Under the pieces are notes generated by a model. The model was not told where the DNA came from. It did not search any database and was given only the letters and a program-made list of their open reading frames with translations. Below, piece after piece: positions 50,968 to 60,491 of a stretch of 64,000 bases of DNA. Numbering within the stretch: the stretch's first letter is position 1; every line of letters begins with the position of its first letter. Location: contig OZ244621.1 in the NCBI GenBank assembly GCA_965218425.1, positions 2,944,001 to 3,008,000 on the forward strand, given 5' to 3'. Source of the stretch: an uncultured Candidatus Binatia bacterium (lineage in GTDB: Bacteria; Desulfobacterota; Binatia; UBA9968; CAXXLF01). Made by a program: the position numbers and the translations under genes.

Positions 50968-52536
50968 ATGTCAGAAAAAGATGTGAACGATTCGAGTGTA
51001 AGGATCTTCGATACAACGCTGAGGGATGGAGAGCAATCTCCCGGCGCCAGCATGAACGTGGATGAAAAAGTCCTTCTTGCACGCCAGCTCGACAAGCTTG
51101 GAGTGGACGTCATTGAGGCGGGATTTGCCGCATCGTCAGAGGGGGATTTTGATTCCGTGGAACGGGTCGCCAAAGAGGTCAAAAGGCCCATTGTGCTCAG
51201 TCTAGCACGGGCGCAGGAAGGGGATATCAAAAAGGCCATCAAGGCGGTAGACAAAGCCGAGCAGCCTGGAATTCATATTTTTATTGCCACTTCGGACATC
51301 CATTTGAAGCACAAGCTTCGGATGTCCCGCAGTGAAGTTTTGGATGCCGCGTCCTATGCCATCAGCTACGCCAAGAAACATATTGATTATATTGAGTTTT
51401 CCGCTGAAGATGCCTCCCGGAGCGAACCCGATTTTCTAGTTCAGGTTTTTGCCGAGGCTATTCGAGCGGGGGCGAAAACCCTCAATGTGCCCGACACCAC
51501 AGGATACGCAATTCCTTCAGAGTTTGGCTCGCTGATGCGTCACCTCATAGACCGTACGGGGGGCTCGAATCAGGTCACCTGGAGTGCCCATTGTCATAAC
51601 GATCTGGGATTGGCCGTGGCCAACTCCTTGGCTGCCGTGGCCAATGGGGCCAGGCAAGTGGAGTGCACAATCAACGGTATTGGAGAACGTGCGGGAAATA
51701 CCTCTCTGGAAGAGGTGGTGATGGCCCTCAAGACGAGGAAGAGTCTGTTCGGCGTGGATACCCGTGTGATCACCGAGCAGATCTATCCCACCTCCCGCCT
51801 GTTGTCACAGGTTACGGGGATTCCCATCCCCATCAATAAACCCATCGTGGGCGACAATGCCTTTGCCCATGAGGCGGGCATCCATCAGGATGGAATCCTT
51901 AAAGAAAAGATCACCTATGAAATCATGATGCCGGAGACCATTGGCATTAGCGGGAACCGCCTGGTCATGGGAAAACATTCAGGACGGCATGCCTTCGACG
52001 ATCGGCTTAAGGAAATGGGTTTTAATCTCGATAAAGAGGATCTGAACAGGGCATTTCTCCGATTTAAGGAGCTGGCTGATAAAAAGAAGGAAGTCTACGA
52101 TGAGGATATCGAAGCCATCGTGGCGGAGGAGGTGCTCAGGCTCCCGGGACGTCCTGACCGATATGAACTCCTGTACCTCAATGTGAACTCAAGCTCCAAT
52201 GGGATTCCTTCAGCCTCCGTGAAGATGCGGGTGGACGGTCAAGAAGCCACGGATCACGGAACGGGAGATGGGGTTGTGGATGCCTGCTACAAGAGTATTT
52301 CCAAGATCACAGGCTCGCGTGCTAGCCTCGTGCGTTATTCGGTCAAAGCCATTACCGGAGGGACCGACGCCCAAGGTGAAGTCTCCTGTCTAATCGAGGA
52401 CGGTTTTGTGCGGGTCACGGGAAAGGGATCGCATACCGATATTATCATGGCCAGCGCCCTGGCTTATATCAATGCGTTGAATAGGCTTGAGTATCGAAAT
52501 CACTACCGGCAGTTGGTGGAAAGGCAAGGACCATGA
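50968..52536 (+). CDS. leuA: 2-isopropylmalate synthase
   Basis: FDTTLRDGEQSPG, HCHNDLG, GIGERAGN, HEAGIHQDG; C-terminal regulatory domain. Confidence 0.96.
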   Translation: MSEKDVNDSSVRIFDTTLRDGEQSPGASMNVDEKVLLARQLDKLGVDVIEAGFAASSEGDFDSVERVAKEVKRPIVLSLARAQEGDIKKAIKAVDKAEQPGIHIFIATSDIHLKHKLRMSRSEVLDAASYAISYAKKHIDYIEFSAEDASRSEPDFLVQVFAEAIRAGAKTLNVPDTTGYAIPSEFGSLMRHLIDRTGGSNQVTWSAHCHNDLGLAVANSLAAVANGARQVECTINGIGERAGNTSLEEVVMALKTRKSLFGVDTRVITEQIYPTSRLLSQVTGIPIPINKPIVGDNAFAHEAGIHQDGILKEKITYEIMMPETIGISGNRLVMGKHSGRHAFDDRLKEMGFNLDKEDLNRAFLRFKELADKKKEVYDEDIEAIVAEEVLRLPGRPDRYELLYLNVNSSSNGIPSASVKMRVDGQEATDHGTGDGVVDACYKSISKITGSRASLVRYSVKAITGGTDAQGEVSCLIEDGFVRVTGKGSHTDIIMASALAYINALNRLEYRNHYRQLVERQGP

Positions 52537-53621
52537 GTTACCGGATTACGGTTCTTGCGGGGGATGGCATTGGACCAGAGGTGGTTAGGGAAGGGAGCGA
52601 AGTCCTTAGCCAAGCGGCTTCCATCTATGGATTCCAGGTCGAGTACCAGGAAGGATTGGTCGGGGGGGCCTCCATTGATGCCACGGGTCAACCTTTGACG
52701 GGTCCGGTCCTGAATATGGCAAAGGAAAGCCATGGGGTTCTCTTGGGGGCAATGGGAGGACCCAGATGGGACGGGTTGGATTACTCGGTTCGACCGGAGC
52801 GCGCATTGCTAGCGTTACGCCGCGAATTGGGTCTGTTTGCCAATCTACGACCGGTGAAACTCTTTTCGGCTTTGGCCTCAGCTTCAACGCTTAAGAAAGA
52901 AGTGGTTGAGGGTACAGATCTGTTGGTGGTACGGGAATTAACCGGTGGAATTTATTTCGGCGAACCCAAAGGAGTGACCAGGCTCCCCGAGGGGACCGAG
53001 CGCGGCGTGAACACGTTGATCTACACCTCCCCCGAGATCGAACGCATCAGCCGGGTGGCCTTTGAAGCCGCGCGACGCCGAAGGAAACAGGTTCTCTCGG
53101 TGGATAAGGCCAATGTCCTTGAGGTTACTGAGTTGTGGCGCAGGGTCGTCACTAGGGTGCACAAGGAGGGGGGCTTTGAGGACATCCAGCTTGAACATAT
53201 GCTCGTGGATAACTGTGCCATGCAACTCATCAGAAATCCCAAACAGTTTGATGTGATCGTTACGACCAATATGTTTGGCGATATTTTGAGTGACGAAGCC
53301 GCCATGCTGACGGGTTCCATTGGAATGCTGCCGTCTGCCAGCATAGGAGGAAAAGTGGGGATGTATGAACCCGTCCACGGAAGCGCTCCTGACATCGCCG
53401 GGAAAGATATGGCGAATCCCCTAGCCACTATTTTGACCGTCGCTCTCATGCTGCGTCATTCCCTGGATCAGGGAGACGCCGCCGAGCGTATTGAGAAGGC
53501 GGTGGGGGACGTTCTCAACGAGGGGTACCGGACGGCGGATATCCAAGAACAGGGTTGTCGCTTGATCGGGTGCAAAGAGATGGGAAGGCTGGTCAGGGAA
53601 AGAATTCAAAGAGCAGGATAA
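52533..53621 (+). CDS. leuB: 3-isopropylmalate dehydrogenase
   Basis: GDGIGPEV, RELTGGIYFG, NMFGDILSD, EPVHGSAPDIAGK. Confidence 0.96.
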   Translation: MSYRITVLAGDGIGPEVVREGSEVLSQAASIYGFQVEYQEGLVGGASIDATGQPLTGPVLNMAKESHGVLLGAMGGPRWDGLDYSVRPERALLALRRELGLFANLRPVKLFSALASASTLKKEVVEGTDLLVVRELTGGIYFGEPKGVTRLPEGTERGVNTLIYTSPEIERISRVAFEAARRRRKQVLSVDKANVLEVTELWRRVVTRVHKEGGFEDIQLEHMLVDNCAMQLIRNPKQFDVIVTTNMFGDILSDEAAMLTGSIGMLPSASIGGKVGMYEPVHGSAPDIAGKDMANPLATILTVALMLRHSLDQGDAAERIEKAVGDVLNEGYRTADIQEQGCRLIGCKEMGRLVRERIQRAG

Positions 53622-53644
53622 ATGATTCAGCGGGGTTTTGTGCA

Positions 53645-54667
53645 GTGAAGAAAAAGGAATACCGTGTTGCAGTGGTGGGAGCCACAGGGGCTGTTGGGGA
53701 ACAGATCCGCGAGGTCTTGGAAGAGCGGCTCTTCCCTGTCGAAGAGCTTCGACTCTTGGCATCCAAGAAATCTGCGGGCCGCACGCTCCCGTTCCGCCGC
53801 AAGAACGTTTGTGTGATGGAACTACGGGAGGACTCGTTTCAAGACATGGACTTGGCCCTTTTTTCGGCGGGCGGGGATGTCAGCGCCAAGTTCGCCCCTC
53901 TAGCGGCTGAAGCGGGTGCGGTTGTGGTGGACAATACTTCCCGCTTCCGCATGGATGCCGATATCCCCCTGGTGGTGCCCGAGGTCAACGCCAACGATAT
54001 CGCCCTATACAGGAATCGAGGGATCGTGGCGAACCCCAATTGCTCCACTATTCAAATGGTGGTTGCACTAAAACCCATTTATGATGCCGTTGGCATCCGA
54101 AGAGTGGTGGTTTCCTCTTATCAGTCGGTATCCGGTGCCGGCAGAATGGCCATGGAAGAACTGAGCCGACAGTCCATTGCCCTGTTCAATGGGCGGGAGC
54201 TCACAAAAGAAAAATTCCCTCATCAGATCGCGTTCAACTGCATCCCCCATATCGACGCCTTTTTGGACAATGGTTACACCAAGGAAGAAATGAAGATGGT
54301 CAATGAGACCCGTAAGATTCTCAATGATCCTTCCATAGGCATGACAGCCACGGCGGTGCGAGTTCCGGTCTTCTGCGGCCACTCGGAGTCCGTGAATGTG
54401 GAAACGGAGAGAAAATTGACAGTGGATGAAGTCAAGGATCTCCTCCGGAAGTCGCCGGGGATCCTTCTCTGTGATGATCCGGAGGCGGAGGTTTATCCCA
54501 TGGCGATCGATACGGTGGGGCAGGATGCGACCATGGTGGGGCGGGTCCGGGAGGATGATTCAGTTCCCAACGGTATAAACCTCTGGATTGTGGCCGACAA
54601 CCTTCGCAAAGGCGCTGCCTTGAACGCCGTGCAAATCGCCGAGATCTTGATCAGGGACCATCTCTGA
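53645..54667 (+). CDS. asd: Aspartate-semialdehyde dehydrogenase
   Basis: VVGATGAVG, ANPNCSTIQ, YQSVSGAG, DNLRKGAA.NA. Confidence 0.96.
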   Translation: MKKKEYRVAVVGATGAVGEQIREVLEERLFPVEELRLLASKKSAGRTLPFRRKNVCVMELREDSFQDMDLALFSAGGDVSAKFAPLAAEAGAVVVDNTSRFRMDADIPLVVPEVNANDIALYRNRGIVANPNCSTIQMVVALKPIYDAVGIRRVVVSSYQSVSGAGRMAMEELSRQSIALFNGRELTKEKFPHQIAFNCIPHIDAFLDNGYTKEEMKMVNETRKILNDPSIGMTATAVRVPVFCGHSESVNVETERKLTVDEVKDLLRKSPGILLCDDPEAEVYPMAIDTVGQDATMVGRVREDDSVPNGINLWIVADNLRKGAALNAVQIAEILIRDHL

Positions 54668-54807
54668 GCCAAGAGTTTCTACGGGGTACACCCCCATACC
54701 CCTCACCGGTAATCCTTTTCATTAAACGTCAGGTCTGCAGCGGAGATCCATGGGGTATCTAAGAGGCCTGTTGTCAAGTCTACATCCAGTGAACTATCCT
54801 GTGAATT

Positions 54808-55539
54808 ATGAACATCAAGCTCACCATAGAGTACGATGGAACGGATTATCATGGCTGGCAGGTTCAATCCAATGGTAAGACCATTCAGGAGGTATTGGAG
54901 CACGCTCTGAGTGAGATCCTCCGTGAAAATGTTCGGCTCAACGGCTCAGGTCGCACCGATGCTGGGGTCCATGCCCTGGGACAGGTGGCCAACTTTATCT
55001 GTAACCGTGAAATAGATCTCTGGAGACTGCAAAGAGGGCTCAACGGATTGACCTCCGCGGACATCGTGGTGAAAAACGTGGAATCGGTTTCCGATACCTT
55101 CGATGCCAGACGCGATGCGCGTAAGCGAGTTTATGAATATAGAATTTGGAACCACCCCTGGCCCTCGGTCTTTGACCGCCGATTTTCATACCATATGCAC
55201 CATCCTCTTGACCTGTCAGCCATGGTGGATTCCATTAAAGTTCTGGAAGGGGAGCATGATTTTTCGTCCTTTCAGGCTTCGGGATGTGACGCGGCTCGCC
55301 CCGTACGGAGGGTCTACCGTAACGCCCTGGAGACGAGGGGAGATTTCCTTGTTTACCGCATCGAGGCAAGCGCCTATTTGAGGCATATGGTACGTAACAT
55401 CGTGGGCACCTTCATGGAAGTGGGTCGAGGGGAGCGTCGTCCCACCGAAATGGCTGGGCTCCTCAGTGCCAAAGACCGAACAAAAGCGGGTCCCACCGCA
55501 CCCCCCCAAGGTTTGTTTCTTGTTGAAGTGGAGTATTAA
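54808..55539 (+). CDS. truA: tRNA pseudouridine(38-40) synthase
   Basis: YDGT.YHGWQ, GRTDAGVHA.GQV, MVRNIVG, TAPPQGL. Confidence 0.96.
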   Translation: MNIKLTIEYDGTDYHGWQVQSNGKTIQEVLEHALSEILRENVRLNGSGRTDAGVHALGQVANFICNREIDLWRLQRGLNGLTSADIVVKNVESVSDTFDARRDARKRVYEYRIWNHPWPSVFDRRFSYHMHHPLDLSAMVDSIKVLEGEHDFSSFQASGCDAARPVRRVYRNALETRGDFLVYRIEASAYLRHMVRNIVGTFMEVGRGERRPTEMAGLLSAKDRTKAGPTAPPQGLFLVEVEY

Positions 55540-55549
55540 ATCGGAGAAA

Positions 55550-55805
55550 GATCACTCGCGCGAAGACGCAAAGCGACTCATTAGTGACGGGTGCTGAGGG
55601 CTGAGTGAAGAGGGATGAGAATCGAGAATGGAGGATTGAAGATCGAAATAGGGCTGAAAGAGAGATCCGGACGCTATGCGCTGTGCTATTTGCCATTTTT
55701 CGCCTGCGAGAATCGGCGAAAATCCGCGGTTAAGTTATCGGAAGGTCAGTCGTCTGCGTTGATCTGAGGCTGATGACTCTTTGCGCACTGGGTGTCTTGG
55801 CGCCG
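55550..55805. repeat. Intergenic mosaic of 7-bp and ~9-bp tandem repeats
   Basis: ctcgcgcgaagacgcaaag; gagaatc-gagaatg-gaggatt-gaagatc; ctatgcg-ctgtgct; aatcggcgaaatccgcggttaa. Confidence 0.6.
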
Positions 55806-55874
55806 AAAGCTTTGTTGTAAAAGTAAGCCGCGGCTGGATTCAACTCTTAGGGTCCTAACTGAGGTTTCCCAAAC

Positions 55875-57053
55875 ATGAGGAAGATTCTCCTCGTATTTGC
55901 CACCCTTGTTGTTTTTCTCGTGGCGGTCTTTTTCGCTCAACTCCGTTTAGGGTTCGTGAGCGCACTTTTCATTTGGGATTTTCTGGAGCAAAACGGGGAA
56001 AAGAAACCCCATAGTATGGCCTTGTCTTGGGTAAGCTCAAACCCAACAGTCAGTCGTTTGTCCCTCCCTGTAGGGGACAGAGAGATTAAGGCCGACCTCT
56101 ATTACGTTCAAGACAAGGAAAAAAGGGCCGCCATCCTCCTGACTCACGGAATCATTGCAACCGGCAAGGACGATCCCCGTCTCGTTCGCTTTGCCTCCTC
56201 ACTGGCAAGGGCCGGGTTTATTGTCCTGATCCCTGAAATAAAAGGAATGAAGTCTCTTCGCCTCCTTCTTAGCGATGTGGATGACATCGTTGCCTCATTC
56301 CGCTTTCTCGCTTCTCTGGGTGATCAAGTGGACGTAGACAAAATGGGACTTCTGGGTTTCAGCCTCGGTGCAGGGCCCACCGCGATGGCAGCATCTCACC
56401 CCTCAGTTCGGTCCCAGGTAGAATTTCTCGTCTTGTTTGGTGGTTATTTTGATCCGATCAATGTGATCCGTTTTGTCACCACTGGTTCTTACGAGTATCG
56501 GGGCGAGGAGGGAAAGCACAAACCAGAGCCCTATGGGAAAAAGGTCTTTTTTCTCAACAACCTGGATTATGTGGAGAGCGAGCAGGATCAAAGAACCCTA
56601 AAGGAAATCTTTACCGACGAAGCCTTGAAAAGGAATAAGACGACGAAGGAATTTCGTCCTCTGCTTCGTCCACTCAGTCCAGAGGGGTTGGCCCTTTATG
56701 AGCTTTTAATCAATGAGGATCCGAAACGGGTGGAAGGGCTTATCCGGAGAACGGATCGGAGGTTTCAGGATTATCTCGACCAGATATCGATGGTTCGGGT
56801 CATTCCCTCGGTAGAAGCCCATCTGATCATTGGCCATGGAACCAGTGATCCTCTTGTGCCCTACACGGAAAGCCTCAGGCTAGCAGACGCGGTGAAAGAT
56901 AAAGGCAAAGTTCATCTTGCGATCCTAAACCTCTTTGCCCACGTGGATCCCTCCCAAAAGAGATACTCCATCAAGGATTATTTAACCGTCCATCTCCCTT
57001 CCATATTTCATTTCTATTTGCTGATTTACGACCTCCTGAGCCAGCAGCATTGA
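55875..57053 (+). CDS. Membrane-anchored alpha/beta hydrolase fold protein
   Basis: N-terminal TM, LTHG, nucleophile GFSLG, HGTSDPLVP, AHVD. Confidence 0.75.
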   Translation: MRKILLVFATLVVFLVAVFFAQLRLGFVSALFIWDFLEQNGEKKPHSMALSWVSSNPTVSRLSLPVGDREIKADLYYVQDKEKRAAILLTHGIIATGKDDPRLVRFASSLARAGFIVLIPEIKGMKSLRLLLSDVDDIVASFRFLASLGDQVDVDKMGLLGFSLGAGPTAMAASHPSVRSQVEFLVLFGGYFDPINVIRFVTTGSYEYRGEEGKHKPEPYGKKVFFLNNLDYVESEQDQRTLKEIFTDEALKRNKTTKEFRPLLRPLSPEGLALYELLINEDPKRVEGLIRRTDRRFQDYLDQISMVRVIPSVEAHLIIGHGTSDPLVPYTESLRLADAVKDKGKVHLAILNLFAHVDPSQKRYSIKDYLTVHLPSIFHFYLLIYDLLSQQH

Positions 57054-57284
57054 ATGGGCTCGGTGACACCCGGCTCTTCCCTTCGGAGTCGCGAAAAAAT
57101 CCACCTGTTTGGACATTCACAGTCCAATCTGTGGCTGTAGTTGACGCCCACGTGGGCAAAATTTCCTGGGTAGGATTCTTGCATCCATTTCACAGTAATC
57201 CAAGGGGCACTCTACGTTACTTTAGAGTACTGTTTGTCATAGATTGGAGTAATTACGTAGCGTTGGAATAAGGAGGAAGGTCCG

Positions 57285-57383
57285 ATGATGGTACGATACA
57301 AAAGTGGTTTTATACCGCTAGGCATGGGAGCGGTTCTCACCGCTCTGGTTGTTTCTAGCTGCACTACCATCGATAGCGACTGA
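57285..57383 (+). CDS. Possible 32-aa lipoprotein-signal micro-ORF or truncated lipoprotein
   Basis: AGGAGG SD; MMVRYKSGFIPLGMGAVLTALVVSSCTTIDSD*; lipobox-like VSSC. Confidence 0.4.
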   Translation: MMVRYKSGFIPLGMGAVLTALVVSSCTTIDSD

Positions 57384-57605
57384 CAAAAAAGGACAAGCAA
57401 AGTCAAAATTTGTGATTTATGGTAATGAGTTCCGATTGCCACGTGGCGCAGGCTTTCCTTAAAAGCTGATCTCCTGACTTTTCCAGTGAAAATCTCCCGG
57501 TGTTACGGTAAGGTTCCTCCGAATCGAGGATGCTATCTCGCAAATGGGCGGAGTTCCCGGGGAGTTCCCGGGTGTCGGCGGAGGCTGGCTTCGGGTGCGT
57601 TTGTT

Positions 57606-58667
57606 CTAACTGAAAAGCTGGAGCTGGTTGTTTAGCGGTGATCTGAATGCCGCCGTCGAAAGCGTTGGTCGTTTGCCGGATATCCCCGCTCTGCGACAGG
57701 CCGCGGAGAAAAGTGAGGCTATCTGATCAGCGAAAATTCCTTCACCTTTCATCCGTGTTTTAAACCTGGGATCGTTCAAGTGACCGCCACGAATGGCACG
57801 GATTCGGTTCAACACTTTTTCCTTCCTATCCGGGAAATGCTCAGTCAACCAATCCTCGAAAAGTTTCTTGACGGCATGGGGGAGTCTCAAGATCACATAG
57901 TTTGCAGACTTTGCTCCAGCCGCCGTCGCGGCTTTTACGATTGAGGGCAGTTCATGGTCGGTGAGTCCCGGGATCACCGGAGCTACCATGACACCAGTTG
58001 GGATACCGGCTCCACTGAGAATGCGGATTGCGTCGAGACGTCGAGCAGGCTGCGAGGCGCGAGGCTCCATATGGCGAGCTAAGCTGCTGTCCAGTGTGGT
58101 GATGGATAGAAACACGGCCGCCGTGTTGTGCAGGGCTAGCTCTCCTAGCAGGTCAAGGTCGCGTGTCACCAGATGGTTCTTGGTGATTATGATCACCGGG
58201 TTTCGGAACTCGGCCAATACCTTGAGGCAACTCCGGGTGAGCTTCAGGTGTCGCTCACCCGGTTGATACGGATCCGTCACTCCGCTGATAGCGAGGACCT
58301 GGGGTTTCCAATGTTTCGATGACAGTTCCCGTCGAAGCAGTTCTGCAGCGGCTCCCTTCACCAGGATATTCGTTTCGAAATCGAGACCTGCGGAAAAGCC
58401 CAGATACTCATGGCTTGGGCGGGCGTAGCAGTAGATACACCCATGCTCGCAACCCCGATAGGGATTGATGCTTGCATCGAAACCCACGTCTGGGCTGTCG
58501 TTGGTGGTTATGATGGAATGGGAAGTGTCCTTGCGAAAGTGCGTGTTGGGTTTTGGATCGTCCGGGCGGGATTGGCCGTGGTCGGGGACAGACCAAAGGG
58601 TTTCGAACCGATTGGGCGGGTTGTCACGGGCTCCCCGGCCATGGATTGGGTGTTGCTTTGCTGCCAT
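57606..58667 (-). CDS. PA0069/SplB-like radical SAM protein
   Basis: GRGA..NP.NRF, SPDVGFD.SINPYRGCEHGCIYCYARP (CxxxCxxC), TDPYQP.E, C-terminal QLQLF. Confidence 0.9.
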   Translation of the reverse strand: MAAKQHPIHGRGARDNPPNRFETLWSVPDHGQSRPDDPKPNTHFRKDTSHSIITTNDSPDVGFDASINPYRGCEHGCIYCYARPSHEYLGFSAGLDFETNILVKGAAAELLRRELSSKHWKPQVLAISGVTDPYQPGERHLKLTRSCLKVLAEFRNPVIIITKNHLVTRDLDLLGELALHNTAAVFLSITTLDSSLARHMEPRASQPARRLDAIRILSGAGIPTGVMVAPVIPGLTDHELPSIVKAATAAGAKSANYVILRLPHAVKKLFEDWLTEHFPDRKEKVLNRIRAIRGGHLNDPRFKTRMKGEGIFADQIASLFSAACRRAGISGKRPTLSTAAFRSPLNNQLQLFS

Positions 58668-58870
58668 TGATTGACTCGGTAAAATATTCGCTTAATCTTC
58701 GTCTAATACCAGGGGAATGTCAAGGGATTTTCGGTCCAAAGAATCGCTCCCTGAAAAGTGGCGGAGATAAGGCTCGGGGGCTCGCCCCTCAGCGGGAGCC
58801 GATGGGCCGCTGCCTCGAGACCCCGTCGATGTGATCCGGTATGCCGTTGTGACTTGAAACTCCAGTATCG

Positions 58871-59037
58871 GACGTCTCCCTTTCTTCGGTGCAAGCCCCC
58901 TTCGCCCTAAAACCGCAGGTCGACGAGGGGGAGCAAGGATGAAGGGCGTGGGCATCGAACGCGTAGCTTCAAATATTCACAAGTTTATTGCCCACGACCT
59001 GAGCACTCGTTCCCTGAAGAGGACCATTGCTCGTGGG
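58871..59037. repeat. Dispersed repeat family, copy C (inverted relative to A)
   Basis: Reverse complement aligns to 16858-17022 with a single 1-nt gap. Confidence 0.85.
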
Positions 59038-59183
59038 CCTGTCTGTTCGATTGAGCTCGGTTCGAAGCTTTCAGCGGGAGCGGACGGTGTGCTGTTGGAA
59101 TCCCAGATGAGAATATAATAGATTAAAAAATTCATTGAGCTGAACTCAAAGAAGCCGATCTATACCGATAGGATCAACAGGTC

Positions 59184-59891
59184 GTGAGTCTAAAAGATAA
59201 GGTTGCTTTAATTACCGGAGGTGGACGTGGGATCGGAAAGGCGGTGGCTCTTGCCTACGCCCGCGAGGGGGCGAAGCTAGCGATTTGTGCCCGAACCGAG
59301 GCCGAGGTTGAACGATCCGCAGAGAAGATCCGGGCCCTTGGATCGGAGTGCATTGGACTTGTTTGTGATGTTTCAGTGGAAGATTCGGTGGAGAGGATGA
59401 TGAAAAACCTGGAGAATCGTTTTGGCAGGGTGGATGTTTTGGTTAACAATGCTGGGGTGATGACCCGACCTGTCTCTTTGGCGCAGCTAGAGGTGAGAAA
59501 ATGGGACTATACATTAGCGGTGAATCTGCGGGGGAACTTCCTGGTGACCCGTATGGTTCTGCCGCTCATGTTTCGGCAAAAGACGGGTTCCATTATCAAT
59601 GTCTCTTCGACCATTGGGCGGGGCGCCTATGCCAATTTCGCAGCCTATGCCGTCTCTAAGTGGGGGATCGAGGGTCTCACTCAGACCCTGGCGGCGGAGG
59701 TCAAGTCCCATGGGATCCGTGTGAACACGGTGGATCCAGGCTATGTCGCGACCAAACTCACTGGATACACGGGGAGCGCGCCAGAATCGGTTACAGAGGT
59801 TTTTGTCTTCCTGGCCAGTGACGAGTCCTGTGCATTGAGTGCAAGGATGTTGAGTTCGTCCAACTGGAAATCTCAGATCAAGCAAAAGTAG
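59184..59891 (+). CDS. Short-chain dehydrogenase/reductase
   Basis: TGGGRGIG, NNAG, NVSS, YAVSK. Confidence 0.92.
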   Translation: MSLKDKVALITGGGRGIGKAVALAYAREGAKLAICARTEAEVERSAEKIRALGSECIGLVCDVSVEDSVERMMKNLENRFGRVDVLVNNAGVMTRPVSLAQLEVRKWDYTLAVNLRGNFLVTRMVLPLMFRQKTGSIINVSSTIGRGAYANFAAYAVSKWGIEGLTQTLAAEVKSHGIRVNTVDPGYVATKLTGYTGSAPESVTEVFVFLASDESCALSARMLSSSNWKSQIKQK

Positions 59892-59896
59892 CGGAT

Positions 59897-60133
59897 TTAC
59901 GACAGGCCCAAAAGCTCCTCGATCCTGGCCTGATCAAAGCCGATAACGGCATCTCCGTCGATAAGGGTGACGGGTGTGCTCTGGTACCCCATGCCGAGCA
60001 GCTCCTTCAGCGCCTGCTGATCCTCACGAACGTTCTTGTCCACGAATTCGACGCCCTTTTGAGAAAGAAACTCCTTCTCTGTGTTACAGGGCCCTCACCC
60101 CGGTTGGCTAAATACGATCACTGATTTGGCCAT
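59897..60133 (-). CDS. Glutaredoxin/NrdH-redoxin-like selenoprotein (UGPC), 78 aa
   Basis: MAKSVIVFSQPG-U-GPC-NTEKEFLSQKGVEFVDKNV...STPVTLIDG..VIGFD; TGA (60095-60097) sits at the first Cys of CxxC; SD GGGGG; SECIS-like hairpin right after the UGA. Confidence 0.88.
60052..60094 (-). promoter_or_regulatory. Putative bacterial SECIS element
   Basis: After UGA: lower stem GCCCU/AGGGC, upper stem GAGAAGG/CUUUCUC, apical loop AGUUU starting 22 nt after the UGA. Confidence 0.7.
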
Positions 60134-60491
60134 GGCCGTTTCCCCCTTAATTATGATACCGGAGGCACTCTAGCCCCGATCCAATTAAATTGCCAGTCCA
60201 AAAGGAGGGCCTGACCCGCGGAACCTTAAGCCGGCCAAGTCCCTGAATGAGCCCCTCCGGGCCGTTGGGAGCCCGCCTGACTGGTCACATTTGCTGACTT
60301 CGCGCACAAAGTCGGTTTTCGAGTTATCCTCTGAGATTGGTTCGGCTCGGAGCTGGCAGATCGCCGGAAAACCGACAAATCTCCACGAAAATTCGGAATC
60401 TATTGTATCCCCTGACAGTGGCTTTGTGGTATCCTGATCTTTAAAGAGCAAAGGATTCTATTGTGCGATTGAGGCAAGGAGGGTAGGACCT

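Noticed and set aside
57550..57571. Perfect GTTC-N7-GTTC inside a tandem ggagttcccgg duplication
   Set aside because: It lies downstream of the radical SAM gene, not in front of a credible gene; any 11-bp tandem duplication containing GTTC produces this pattern
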